Assembly (NCBI GenBank): GCA_964016885.1
Contig: OZ024740.1
Coordinates: 272,304,001-272,368,000 of the forward strand
From: Eledone cirrhosa
Lineage: Eukaryota
Direction: 5' to 3'
DNA length: 64,000 nucleotides
Part shown: piece after piece, positions 26,537 through 41,429 of the stretch
Numbering within the stretch: the stretch's first letter is position 1
Layout: the number at the start of each line of letters is the position of its first letter
Made by a program: the position numbers and the translations under genes
The notes under the pieces: model-generated
The model's database searches: none
What the model was told of the DNA's origin: nothing
Seen by the model: only the letters and a program-made list of their open reading frames with translations

Positions 26537-27259
26537 TCCTTTGTTAGTGTTGAACAAACGAGCAACGGTGGTTGCTAAACACTACGGCTTAATACGGGAT
26601 GTTTGTTTACAAACACACCGAGCATTATAATAAATGTTCGGTGAATCCATACGTGCATATATATATGTGTACATGTATGTATATATATATATACATACTA
26701 CTATACGTCGGTATACATATATGTATGTACATGTACATACTTATATTTAAGTAACAGCCGTACTAAGAGTGGGAAATGAAATATCGTTTCATTTTTTCCG
26801 TTTATCGTTTTCGGTGCACCCGGCCGATTAACCCACTCGATATGCAAATTGGGCTACTCAGCCGTTAATATGCATAAGGTAAGTATATACGTTCAACAAT
26901 CTGGCAGGAAGGTATACGTTGCTGACGATAGCTAACAAGCTTGAAACTAGTACAGCGTTCCTTTGTTAGTGTTGAACAAACGAGCAACGGTGGTTGCTAG
27001 ACACTACGGCTTAATACGGGATGTTTGTTTACAAACACACCGAGCATTATAATAAATGTTCGGTGAATCCATACGTGCATATATATATGTGTACATGTAT
27101 GTATATATATATATACATACTACTGTACGTCGGTATACATATATGTATGTACGTGTACATACTTATATTTAAGTAACAGCCGTACTAAGAGTGGGAAATG
27201 AAATATCGTTTCATTTTTTCCGTTTATATATATATTATATATTATATATATATATATAT

Positions 27260-27314
<55 letters not shown>

Positions 27315-27369
27315 ATATATTATATATTATATATATATATATTATATATATATATTATATATATATATG

Positions 27370-27452
<83 letters not shown>

Positions 27453-27514
27453 ATATATTATATATATATATAAATATATATATATATACACACACCTGCT
27501 ATGGTTATATAGCT

Positions 27515-27712
27515 TCTAATTGAATGCAAGGGAGAATGTGTGTCGTGTTGGTGTAATGGTTACGCATTGATCCGGCAAACCAAAGGTATGGGTTCGTGTC
27601 CCATGTATGTCAATACTTATCCTTTTTTTCCATTCAGAGGGTATTTTAAAATCCCAACTAACAGACTAATTCTATTTAGTCAAATGCGGCGTAGCACACG
27701 TTATTACCTAAT
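27515..27712 (+). mobile_element. tRNA-like-head repeat, right inverted copy
   Basis: TGGTGTAATGG A-box-like and GGTTCGTGTCC B-box-like motifs; diverged homolog of 24300-24500. Confidence 0.65.
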
Positions 27713-27944
27713 TTTCAAATTCGGTAGCCGTTTCTGAACAAAGCCTAATATATATATATTAGGAAAATAAGAAAAAAAGGTAGAAAATGCTAATGGGATT
27801 TTCTCATAGAATAACAGCAAAACATTTATTAAAAAAACAAAAAAATTTATAGTACCGGTTTCAGCCAATAGTTGTTTCGTCTTCTTCGTGCTACAGGAAA
27901 TATGAGTAAAAGTGTATTCTCAACATTCTAAATATAATATAATG

Positions 27945-27989
<45 letters not shown>

Positions 27990-27991
<2 letters not shown>

Positions 27992-28178
27992 AATCGGGGA
28001 AATCACAGTTAGTAAGGTACTCAATACATTAGTAGAGTGTAAACATCAAGTTTAATATAGAAATGGTTTATACAGGACTAGAACTGTTTCCTTCAAAATA
28101 AATCCTCAGGAAAGCCCTTTCGATTTCTTTTGAATAAACAGTTCTAGTCCCGTAGAAGCCATTTCTATATTAAACTAG
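27990..28178. mobile_element. Fold-back element related to family I, with a partly decayed HHR at 28065-28116 (-)
   Basis: CUGAGGA..GAAACAG uucuaguc CUGUA; arms 28047-28089 / 28136-28178. Confidence 0.7.
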
Positions 28179-28592
28179 ATATATATATATACACACACAC
28201 ACACACATATATATAAATACACAGCGTACATGTATACAAATATATATATATATGTGGTATCATATAATATAACCTGCGATATATATAGTTCTGGTATCTC
28301 AAATTAGTACCATGGAACAACAACTGTTATATACACCATGTATATTTCCGTGGGTACTTAGTACCTACTGGAATATTTATATCATTTATATGTATTCTCC
28401 TTCTATGTAGAGAAAAAAAATGTTGTATCGTGCTGCTATTTCTAGTAACATGAAATATCAACAAGTCTATAATTCCCGCTTTTTCTTACGGCCTATTTAT
28501 GTGTGGGTCACTTTAACGGCCTGACCTCATGCACCGGGCAGAAAGCGATATATTTACTACTACGAGGCTTTGTGCCTTGTGGTTTGGAAATA

Positions 28593-28672
28593 GCTGTCTG
28601 AAGAGCTGATTCTTTCCATTGGAAATTCTCTGAATTTCCAATCTTTTGATAAGCGAAACCGTCGGTCACAGC
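28593..28672 (+). ncRNA. Type I hammerhead (family G)
   Basis: gcugu CUGAAGA gcu..uuggaaauu/aauuuccaa..agc GAAAC CGUCG GUC acagc. Confidence 0.88.
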
Positions 28673-28747
28673 ACTAGAACAGGTGAATATTTAAATCGTA
28701 TTTTAATTTATTTAAAAGATTGTTTAATGTTTGCTTGTTCCGCTCAT

Positions 28748-28787
<40 letters not shown>

Positions 28788-28896
28788 GAAAGTAAAATGT
28801 AAACAGAAATATCAACACAATCGGTACAGTATATAGAAGGAATATATAATATATATACACGTACATATGTACATGTATATATATGTATATATAACA

Positions 28897-28933
<37 letters not shown>

Positions 28934-28935
<2 letters not shown>

Positions 28936-29103
28936 CTTTAGGCACAAGGCCAGCAATTACCCAGTGCATTACTGGTACTTTATTTTATCGACCCCGTAAG
29001 GATGAAAGGCAAAGTCAACCTCGGCGGGATTTGAACTTAGATCGTAAAGGGACGTAACTATGCTGGAAAGCATGGCGTCCGACCCTCTACCGATACTGCC
29101 AAT
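28934..29103 (-). mobile_element. tRNA-derived SINE
   Basis: Same family as 1-170; further copies 42360-42510(-), 50110-50318(+), 53908-54098(-). Confidence 0.85.
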
Positions 29104-29117
29104 AATACCATATATAC

Positions 29118-29155
<38 letters not shown>

Positions 29156-29428
29156 CATGCGATAAATATAGTCAGAGATATTTATTAATCTGTAGTTAGC
29201 TATTTTCTCATTTTTCTAGAAATTGTACTGTTTATTCCTGATAGCGCAGGAAACCGAAGCAGTGTAGACTTTAGTTTCCGGCTCAGAAACAAAAGGAAAC
29301 GCCTACAGAAATATAATTATTTGAATTTATGATTTATAAGCCTACTATAAAGTTATATCTGTACAAATATCATAAACATCTTGTCTTTAGTATACCTTAT
29401 ATGGTATGTATAAGGTATACTAAAGAAA

Positions 29429-29552
<124 letters not shown>

Positions 29553-30266
29553 TACACACTTACTATCTACGTACATAAATACATAAACATATTAATAGTG
29601 ATATAAACACTTTCACACACACGTGTGTGCGTCTAGAATTTTCCAGACGACTACATTGAGTCACTACATACTTCCAGTCCTCTTTGGAGAATGAAAGCAG
29701 TAGCCAGCAACATCTGTCCCATAACGTACTGTTTCAAGAGATAGAATCAAGTTTATCAGAATATCAGTGTATCAAAACCAAACAGTTACTGGCACCTACT
29801 TAAACCCCGTGTCTCATCATTCATAAAGCATTACGAAAGGAATTGTTCAAGGCCGACAACATTTGTAACAAATGATTTGAGCTGATATATTCGTTTACAC
29901 AGAAGAAATGAGTAAAGTTGAAAAATACTTTCCTGAATAACAAATACGCTAATCACTTTCAAGTATGACATAAATCAAAATCTACTGTACCCCCACATTA
30001 CTACAAGGATTTGTTTGAGAGACTATGGAGCATCTGTAATATTTATTATATCAGAAGCGTTCAAAAGTAACTAAACAAGTCGCAGTTTCCTCATCAAATA
30101 TATACCTAACCATGATTCGCTTCGACAAAAAAGAACTGCATTTGAAAGATCTCTTAGTAGTATAAAGAAGAAAAGATATGGTACGAAGATGGAAATCTTA
30201 TAACTCTATGGAAGGGAGTTTCCATGATGGATAGAGGATCATGCTGGAAACTTAGAAAAATTAAAG

Positions 30267-30656
30267 TACGAGGTTCGGTTGAAAGGTTCATAGGCTGATC
30301 AAGATACTCTCATGGAATGACCAAATGAAGTTTATTTTTGAACATAGTCACTGGAAAGAAACAATGCAGTTATTAATAAAAAGAGTGGATTGGCAGTATC
30401 GGTAGAGCGTCGGACGCCATGCTTTGCAGCATAGAGTTACGGCCCTTTACGGGAGTTCAAATTCCCCCGAAGTTAACTTTGCCTTTTATCCTTACGGGGT
30501 CGATAAAATAAAGTACCAGTAATGCACTGGTCGTAATTGCTGGCCTTCTGCCAAAAGTAGAAACAATTAATAAAAAGAGTTGAAATTAATGCAGGTAAGA
30601 TTTCACAGCATCACTCATTCATAGCCAACCTATGAACTTTTCAGCCAACCCTCGTA
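30267..30656. mobile_element. Mariner-like non-autonomous element (MITE) with nested SINE
   Basis: TIRs TACGAGGTTCGGTTGAAAGGTTCATAGG / CCTATGAACTTTTCAGCCAACCCTCGTA with TA ends. Confidence 0.75.
30387..30565 (+). mobile_element. tRNA-derived SINE with 15-bp target-site duplication
   Basis: ATTAATAAAAAGAGT at 30372-30386 and 30566-30580. Confidence 0.9.
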
Positions 30657-30711
30657 CATATAATGATTACTGATCATTACGTATTCCAATCAGTAAATCC
30701 ATCGATGACAG

Positions 30712-32168
30712 CAGCTCAATAAGGGGATGTTTTTAGTGCCTACACCAATAAGGATGTTTTTAGTGTCTAGCTCAATAAGGATGTTTTAGTGTCTAGCTCA
30801 ATAAGGATGTTTTAGTGTCTACACCAATAAGGATGTTTTAGTGTCTAGCTCAATAAGCTTGTTTTTAGTGTCTACACCAATAAGGATGTTTTAGTGTCTA
30901 GCTCAATAAGCTTGTTTTTAGTGTCTACACCAATAAGGGTGTTTTAGTGTCTAGCTCAATAAGCTTGTTTTTAGTCTCTACACCAATAAGGATGTTTTAG
31001 TGTCTAGCTCAATAAGCTTGTTTTTAGTGTCTACACCAATAAGGATGTTTTAGTGTCTAGCTCAATAAGCTTGTTTTTAGTGTCTACACCAATAAGGATG
31101 TTTTAGTGTCTAGCTCAATAAGCTTGTTTTTAGTGTCTACACCAATAAGGATGTTTTAGTGTCTAGCTCAATAAGCTTGTTTTTAGTGTCTACACCAATA
31201 AGGATGTTTTAGTGTCTAGCTCAATAAGCTTGTTTTTAGTGTCTACACCAATAAAGATGTTTTTAGTGTCTAGCTCAATAAGCTTGTTTTTAGTGTCTAC
31301 ACCAATAAGGGTGTTTTAGTGTCTAGCTCAATAAGCTTGTTTTTAGTGTCTACACCAATAAGGATGTTTTAGTGTCTAGCTCAATAAGCTTGTTTTTAGT
31401 GTCTACACCAATAAGGATGTTTTAGTGTCTAGCTCAATAAGCTTGTTTTAGTGTCTACACCAATATGGGTGTTTTAGTGTCTAGCTCAATAAGCTTGTTT
31501 TTAGTCTCTACACCAATATGGGTATTTTAGTGTCTAGCTGAATAAGCTTGTTTTTAGTGCCTACACCAATAAGGGTGTTTTAGTGTCTAGGCTCAATAAG
31601 CTTGTTTTTAGTGTCTACACCAATAAGGATGTTTTAGTGTCTAGCTCAATAAGCTTGTTTTAGTGTCTACACCAATATGGGTGTTTTAGTGTCTAGCTCA
31701 ATAAGCTTGTTTTTAGTCTCTACACCAATATGGGTATTTTAGTGTCTAGCTGAATAAGCTTGTTTTTAGTGCCTACACCAATAAGGGTGTTTTAGTGTCT
31801 AGCTCAATAAGCTTGTTTTTAGTGTCTACACCAATAAGGATGTTTTAGTGTCTAGCTCAATAAGCTTGTTTTTAGTCTCTACACCAATAAGGGTGTTTTA
31901 GTGTCTAGGCTCAATAAGCTTGTTTTTAGTGTCTACACCAATAAGGGTGTTTTAGTGTCTAGCTGAATAAGCTTGTTTTTAGTCTCTACACCAATAAGGA
32001 TGTTTTAGTGTCTAGCTCAATAAGCTTGTTTTTAGTGTCTACACCAATAAGGGTGTTTTAGTGTCTAGCTCAATAAGCTTGTTTTTAGTCTCTACACCAC
32101 TAAGGGTGTTTTAGTGTCTAGCTCAATAAGCTTGTTTTTAGTGTCTACACCAATAAGGGTGTTTTTAG
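30712..32168. repeat. Minisatellite, 53-bp higher-order unit of alternating 27- and 26-bp monomers
   Basis: GCTCAATAAGCTTGTTTTTAGTGTCTA + CACCAATAAGGATGTTTTAGTGTCTA repeated. Confidence 0.95.
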
Positions 32169-32459
32169 CGTATACCTAGAATTATAACACTAACTGTTTA
32201 TACGTCAGCATACACATCATAATCGATAAGAACATCATTACCCTTGTAAAAGTAATGGTTCTTAGTTGGAATCCAGAGATTACAGCTTATGAGGTTAATA
32301 GCCTGGAATATTATATTCTTATTAACAATAACTCATCTTAGAAATAAAACATAATATATCATAATCATCATCCGGCGGCCTCAGCCGAAATGGACTCAAC
32401 AATTGATCCCCACGTGGGTCTGTCGTTCATTGCCGTTGCCAAGTCCTGAATTTCAAGAA

Positions 32460-32810
32460 CAGAATCAAATATGCGTGGGAGGCCGGCACCCCTCTAAACA
32501 TCTCACTGACCTTGACTTTGCGGAAGACATTGCACTTTTTGCAGATTGCCCAGAAAATGCGCAACTACTTTTGACATCTCTCCAGGAAGCAGCCGCCTTT
32601 GTCGGCCTACATCTCAACGAGGGTAAAACAGAGTACATATCAAACTGTACAGGCAACACCATCGAAGCAATCAACAGCAGTGATATCAAGCAACTCGAGT
32701 ATTTCATGTATTTTGGGTCCTGGATCATGGACTCTGAGAAGGATTTTGCCACCAGAAAGGCCCAAGCATGGTCAGCTTGCAACAAGATGGATCGAGTTTG
32801 GCGTTAAATC
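32460..32810 (+). mobile_element. RTE-like RT fragment
   Basis: HLTDLDFAEDIAL..GLHLNEGKTE..YFGSWI..RKAQAW. Confidence 0.8.
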
Positions 32811-34801
32811 TTTCCAGCCACATGAAATATATATTTATATACATATGTGTATGTCTATCTGTAGGTTTGAGAATGTGTGTGTATTTGACTATGTATATAT
32901 TAGTGTTTGGAGTTTAACCCTGCGATTCTGGCGTCCTGTCCAGGTGGGAGTATTGTAATCTCAGTCGCTTAGCGCCATGGAAAACAGGATAAACACCGGC
33001 CTGATGAGCCTCCGGACTTGAGACAGACTTTAGAGTAGCTCTAACGTGCGGGAGGGGCGGACAAGGCAGACAAGGCGGACGAGGCGGCGGACGACGACGC
33101 ATATTAGATGTCTATATACGCAGGTCGGAACATTTGAGCTTGGGGGGATTGGAAAATGGAGCCGCAATGCATTTTTCCTGGTGCTCTACCGGTTTAGCTG
33201 TCTAACACTATTTTGTCTGCCACCGTATCAATTTTTTTTATTTAAGGCCACTTTATCTGGTGCTTTACCGAATCTACTAGCATGGTACTCTATTATTTTG
33301 CCTGGCGTTCAACTGATTCTACCACCCACTGCCCTTTTAACATAGAATAATAGTAATAATAATTGAACTCGATAGAATGTGTAGCTCGGCGATCAGACTG
33401 TTGCTCCAGGTCGAGCCGCTACAAATTGAGAGACACAACTACGATATTACGGAAATGTGGTTAGAATGTCTCAGAAAAGAATGGTTAGACAGATTTTACG
33501 GGCAAAACGGACTGGCAAACGAACCAGGGGTAAACCCTGAGCAAGATGGTTGGATAACAGCCATGAGCTCGGCTGGTCTCGTCTGAGGATTCAGCAGATC
33601 AATTGGAGATGGTTGCTTCTGACAGAAACCAATGGAAGGCGTGTTTTGAGGACTCTACTCCCACAACCTTCTCAGGAATAAGGGAGAGAAGAAAAAAAGG
33701 AGGAAGAGAAAAAGAAGAAGAAAAAGAAGAAGAAGACGTAATAGATCTGGTTGGAAATAGAACAAATGTCACAAATTACTCTATTTGCTTGAGGACTCTG
33801 CTCTCACGACCTTCCCATGAATATGTAAGCGAAGAAGACAATATACTGGTTATAAGTTAAGGGGAGGTGGATCGACAGAACCATTAGTGCTGAACAAAAT
33901 GAATTGTATTGTTTGTTACTGCACTTTAATCCTACCACGGTCAACTTTGCCTTCTCTCCTTTCGGGCTTGACAAAATAAAGCACCAGTGTAATGCTAGAT
34001 AGACTTAATCGAACACCGATCCGTGACAGAAAGTAATGATCTAGGATGGTATCGTGGAGCTCAAATCTATTTTTAGTGATATTAAAAAAATTTCTAAATT
34101 TATACATAAAATAAAAAAAGGACTTTGTATAAAGTACCCCTTTTACAGGTCGCCATGAAAGGGATGATATTTTTTTTTATTTTTCCTATAATCCTTCTTA
34201 ATTGCCTCACTAACCTGATTAGAGTATTCTCAATAAACCACTTCATTCCATTCATAAGAACTTTTAAATCTCTTCTTTGTAAATAGTGTATCATACTTTT
34301 TCTATTATGCACCTTTTTTATAATTTAAATTCATACACGGCTCGTGAAATAAATAAGAAAAAATCAAACAAACAAACAACTCTCAACCGTTAGATTAACG
34401 AGCGGTCTAATCTGTTGTTCAATCACCTGGAACACTCGGCATCGTAACCGACGGAGTTCCACCTCCTGAAGAATTTGGAGTAATCATATACTAATTAAAT
34501 TAGTATATAACTGCTCTAAACTGTTGTCTATGGTGTTGGTCTAACTCTCAGATCCCAACAGATACAAAAGTATTTTGTACTCTATATTTTATTGGAACTT
34601 ATCCAAAGAAAAATTCCAATGATGATTGATTCACGTCTCCGTTACAAAAATCGATAGTTGGTGATCAATGAGTGATTGCTTAGATCGATTTTTGTTATGG
34701 TTTACGACTTATGAAATGGTACCACAAGGAAAGAAGAACATTTTTACCTTGAAGTAGGTGTTTTCCCCTAAATGTTATGTACAAAATACTATATTTCTCA
34801 A

Positions 34802-34888
<87 letters not shown>

Positions 34889-35047
34889 ATCTCACTCTAG
34901 ATATATCTTTTAATTTGAATTATATATATATATATATATTCTGCAAATATACCCACATCATAACTATTAGTTACACGTTGAAAATAATATACTGCCAAAA
35001 TATATAGACACACACGCACATATATAAACAAACACACACATACAAAC

Positions 35048-35081
<34 letters not shown>

Positions 35082-35189
35082 GCACACACACACACACATT
35101 ACACGCACACATATCTATATATATACACACACATATATATATACATACATATATAGATAAATAAATATACACATAGGTACATAAATATG

Positions 35190-35560
35190 GTGAATTGGTA
35201 GGTTTATATATTCTTGAAACGTTGAAAACTAAATGAATTCTGTATTAACTTAAAAGTTTGCATTGCGATGGACTCTCAATTTTAAATGGTATGAACGGCC
35301 ACCAGTCTGATAAGTTAAGGAAGACTGCAATTCAAAAATTCAAAGACTTCGACCTTAACATCTCCATACAACAAATTTACGCTCAGAAGATTTCTTAGAA
35401 ATTACTTCGGACCTGTCTACCAACAGATATCAACATTATTGTAAACCAGCCAGGCAGTTAACATATGTGAATAAATCTTCAAACCAACCAACAACCATAT
35501 TAAAATTGTTGGAAAATATCAGACAGATCTTTTAACAAAGAAACTTTGGTCGACCGTGCA
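35190..35560 (+). pseudogene. Highly decayed PLE RT fragment
   Basis: Frameshifted DFLEITSDLSTNRYQHYCKP..YVNKSSN resembles the PLE FLDV..KP..SNHP region. Confidence 0.5.
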
Positions 35561-35634
35561 GATGTACAACGACGCCTTCAAGAATACGAAAGCAGTCTGT
35601 CTATCTATCTATTTATCTATCTACCTATAAATTT

Positions 35635-35778
<144 letters not shown>

Positions 35779-35853
35779 CTATCTATCTATTTATTTATCT
35801 ACACCTTTCTATCGGTTTGTCTGTCTGCCCCTCTCTCTCCTCTCTTTCTCTCG

Positions 35854-35970
<117 letters not shown>

Positions 35971-35991
35971 ACACACACATATATATGTATG

Positions 35992-36027
<36 letters not shown>

Positions 36028-36498
36028 TTGTGCATATATATATATATATATATATACATATTGTGCATGTATATATATATGAATGCACACACACACACAC
36101 GCACACACACATACACACATACACACACACACACACCAACACACACGCACATATACATATATTTACATGCATGCACGTGAATATATATATATTTAATTGT
36201 ATACAAAAAGTGTATATTTAAATACTTATACGATTATAATCACTCTACCCCCCCCTTTATCTTTATGTACGTAGCTGCACACTTACACATCTATGTGTGT
36301 CTGTCTACATATGTCAGTGTGCATAAATGCATTGTTTTGTGAGTATGTATGTGTGAGTGTGTGTATGTGTCTGTGTATGTGTGTGTATGTGTGTATGTGT
36401 ATGCCTTTGTATGTGTGTATGTGTATGCCTGTTTATGTGTATGCCTGTGTATGTGTATGTATATATATATATGCATACACATACACACATACACATAC

Positions 36499-36551
<53 letters not shown>

Positions 36552-36615
36552 CGTATATATATATATATATATATATATACGTATATATATATATATACGT
36601 ATATATAAAGATATA

Positions 36616-36678
<63 letters not shown>

Positions 36679-36783
36679 TATTTATATATATACATATATT
36701 TTTATATATATATATATATAAATAAAGATATGTATTTATATATATATATAAAGATATGTATTTACATATATATATGTATGTAG

Positions 36784-36862
<79 letters not shown>

Positions 36863-37374
36863 ATTTGTTCATCGAGGGTGTATATCAATGTGTAAGTGTG
36901 TTAATTTGTAGTCGAATGTATTTATAGACACCATATTTCCTTGTTAGAAAAACGAAACAAACAGCTTCGTACTTTGGAAATCTGATTGGAAAGGAGTCGA
37001 TTTTCGTTAACTGGCATTATTACAAGCTATTGTAACTTGTGTCACGTTCTGCGAGAAGAGAGTTCGTCTCTTTTACATGATTGTATCATCAGCTACATGA
37101 CACCGCTCTCTAATGTCAAATGAATCATTGGCAAATGTTAGACAGAACATATATATATATAACACGAATCACTATACATACGAGTCTCTTGCTAAAGAAG
37201 ATATCTCGTTATAATCCTTGTCATTGAAACCATCTAATACTTGGTAATATTTCCTAACAGCACACCAGTAATTGTCTAGTTTGAGGTGAGGTGCAGTGAT
37301 TTTTATTTTTGTTAAAAGCACTTGAGTGTTTTTTTGTTGTTGTTGTTCTTGTCTGTATTGCCTGCCTACCTGAT

Positions 37375-37560
37375 TACTTTTCTTTCTTTCTATAATTCTT
37401 TCTATCTTTCTTTTGTTTCTTTTATTCATTCTTTCTTTCTTTCTTTCTTTCGTTCTTTCTTTCTTTCTTTTCTTTCTTTCTTTCTTTCTTTCTTTCGTTC
37501 TTTCTTTCTTTTCTTTCTTTCTTTCTTTCCTTTCTTTCTTTCTTTCTTTCCTTTCTTTCT

Positions 37561-37601
<41 letters not shown>

Positions 37602-37809
37602 ATCGTTCTTTCTTTCTTTCTATCGTTCTTTCTTTCTTTCTTCCTTCATTCTTTCTTTCTTTCTTACATTTCTTTCTTTCGTTCTTTTGTTCTTTCTTTT
37701 CTTTCTTTTCTTTTCTTTTCTTTTCTTTCCTTCTTTCTTTCTTTCTTTCGTTTCTTTTTCTTTTCTTTCTTCTTCTTTCTTCTTTCTTTCTTTCTTTCTA
37801 TCGTTCTTT

Positions 37810-37854
<45 letters not shown>

Positions 37855-38027
37855 ATTTCTTTCTTTCTACATTTCTTTCTTTCTTTCGTTCTATCGTTCT
37901 TTCTTTCTTCTTTTCTTTTCTTTTCTTTCCTTCTTTCTTTCTTTCTTTCTTTCATTTTAATCTTTCTTTCTTTCTTTCTTTCTTTTCATTCTTTTTCTTC
38001 TTCTTCTTCTTCTTCTTCTTCTTCTTT
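37375..38027. repeat. (CTTT)n-type polypyrimidine tract
   Basis: Direct inspection. Confidence 0.95.
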
Positions 38028-38120
38028 CACGCACACACATGTGCATAAACACACACACACACAACACATATATAGCTACATACATATATGCATGCACACA
38101 AACCACACAAACACACAAAC

Positions 38121-38151
<31 letters not shown>

Positions 38152-38378
38152 GCTACATACATATATGCATGCACACAAACACACACACATATATATTTAT
38201 GTGATGATATATGAATATGTCTTCTTGTCATTCTCATATTTGTCTAACCCATTTGTTTGGTCCCAAAGATACATTGATATAAGCTAGACACACACACGTA
38301 GCCACACCAGTGCATCTATATACACAACTACACGACTCATGTCGCTTTTTCTTCTATCTGCCTTTGTATATATATATA

Positions 38379-38437
<59 letters not shown>

Positions 38438-38700
38438 TGTGTGTGTGTGTGTGTGCGTATTTATTTATATATATATGTATATAAGTATATATATATATTA
38501 TATATATATATAAGTATATATATAAGTATATATATATATAAATATATATATATACATATATATATATGTATATGTATATATATATATTTAAATATATATT
38601 ATATATATGTATATATGTATATAATATATATATATATATGTATGTATATGTAAATATATGTATGTATAATGTATAGTATATATATATGTATGTATACATG

Positions 38701-38801
<101 letters not shown>

Positions 38802-38807
38802 GTATGT

Positions 38808-38857
<50 letters not shown>

Positions 38858-39005
38858 TTATGCACACACAGGTGCATATATATTATTACTAATTACATAT
38901 GTGTAAATACAATGGCATACACAAATAGATTTATAATTATTTTGTACATTTGTATGTCTGTAGACAGACACACACACACACACACACACATACACACACA
39001 CATAT

Positions 39006-39059
<54 letters not shown>

Positions 39060-39803
39060 ATATATACACGCATAGGCTTGGGAATCATAAAGACTACATT
39101 TGTTATCAGTACACTTAACGTCTTCTATTTCACATTTCCACATTAATGTCTTCCTGCAACAGAATAGTTTGTTCGGCCTGTAGAATACCAAATATACGAA
39201 ACATTGATGTACGCACTAAGTGTTGACACTGATGAACTCCTAACATTAGTACAAAAAAATCAAAACAAGAACCCTATACAAATGATAACCCCCCCCCCCC
39301 CCCCTGATAAAATAGAACACATTCTCAGATAGTAGAGTTAATGTTTATGGTAGGGAGATGAGTATCTTAATTAGTGGAACAAGAACAGCATCCATGACCT
39401 ACTTTAGAGGCTTCCGAAACTGATGAAACTAGTTAGAGATAAGGCTGGACGAAATTCCGGCTTATTGGCTGTTGCAGTAGAAAGCAATACATAATGATAT
39501 ATAGTTATCTTTTCCTAGACCTGATGTCTGGTTCGAATGTTTGTAGCAGAGGCAGACATGATTTAAGTTATCTAAGAGATAGGTGGTGACTCCATTATAA
39601 ACATACCTACGAACGCAGCGAATTGACAGAGTAATTAGAACGCCGAATAGAATGCTTTGCGGTATTCGCTTCGGTCCTATGCTTCCTGAATTCAAATCCC
39701 ACCGAGGTCAACTTTGTCTTTCATTCGTTCATACAATATCGATAAAAAAGTACCAGTCTGGTACTAGGGTCAATTCTTCGTCAATATCTCTTTCTCATTT
39801 CCA

Positions 39804-40419
39804 TTTGAACAAATTGAGCAACGATGGTTGCTAAACACTGTACGGCCTTAATTCGGTATGTTTGTTTACAACAAACCGAGCATTATAATAAATTGTTCGG
39901 TAAATCCATAAGTACAATATATATATGTGTGCATGTATGTATATATATACATACTACTGTACGTCTGTATACATATATGTATGTACGTATACATACTTAT
40001 ATTTAAGTAACAGCCGTACTAAGAGTGAGAAATGAAATTTCATTTCACTTTTTCCATTTATCGTTTTCGGTGCGCCCGGCCGATTAACTCACTCGATATG
40101 CAAATTAGGCTGCTCAGCCGTTAATATGCATAAGGAAAGTATATACTTTCAGACGTTCAATCATCTGGCAGGAAGGTGTACGGTGCTGACGATAGCTAAT
40201 AAACTTGAAACTAGTACATCGTTCCTTTGTCAGTGTTGAACAAAAGGGCAACGATGGTTGCTAAACACTGTACGGCTTAATTCGGGATGTTTGTTTACAA
40301 ACAAACTGAGCATTATAATAAATGTTCGGTGAATCCATACGTACAGATATATATGTATGTATATATACATACTACTGTACGTCTGTAATACATATATGTA
40401 TGTACGTATACATACTTAT
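39804..40419 (+). mobile_element. Family A, ~1.4 tandem units; HHR at 40180-40222
   Basis: ACGGTG CTGACGA TAGCTAATAAACTT GAAAC TA GTA CATCGT. Confidence 0.88.
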
Positions 40420-40502
40420 ATATATATAGACAAACAATCAGACACACAAACAATCACACACAAAACAATCACACACACACTCACACACACACACACACAC
40501 AC

Positions 40503-40587
<85 letters not shown>

Positions 40588-40715
40588 TTATATATCAGCC
40601 ATACGCATCTTCGATGATGAAACGGGTGTTCTGTATACACGCTATTGTGACAGCTATCATATATCTATATATATCCATGCATCTATATACATATATTCAG
40701 ATCTATCTCTCACTC

Positions 40716-41415
<700 letters not shown>

Positions 41416-41429
41416 AATATATATATATA

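Larger units (their letters stand above)
24568..27225. mobile_element. Family A retrozyme-like array: four tandem 422-bp units, then ~2.2 units inverted
   Basis: Period 422 (GACGTACAG at 24601, 25023, 25445, 25867); orientation switch at ~26271-26276; one HHR per unit; no real ORF; (TA)n on both sides. Confidence 0.93.

Noticed and set aside
30712-32168. CRISPR-like periodicity
   Set aside because: No unique spacers, no cas genes, eukaryotic context; plain minisatellite
32995-33030. CTGATGA followed by a short stem
   Set aside because: No GAAA/NUH or stem I; context resembles a SINE tail
37172-37320. Short non-repetitive peptide KITAPHLKLDNYWCAVRKYY as a possible exon
   Set aside because: No recognisable domain or convincing splice context; ORF length comes from the adjacent (CTTT)n tract
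39225-39460. CTGATGA and GAAACTAGTT motifs
   Set aside because: Could not assemble consistent stems I and II; at best a heavily decayed HHR
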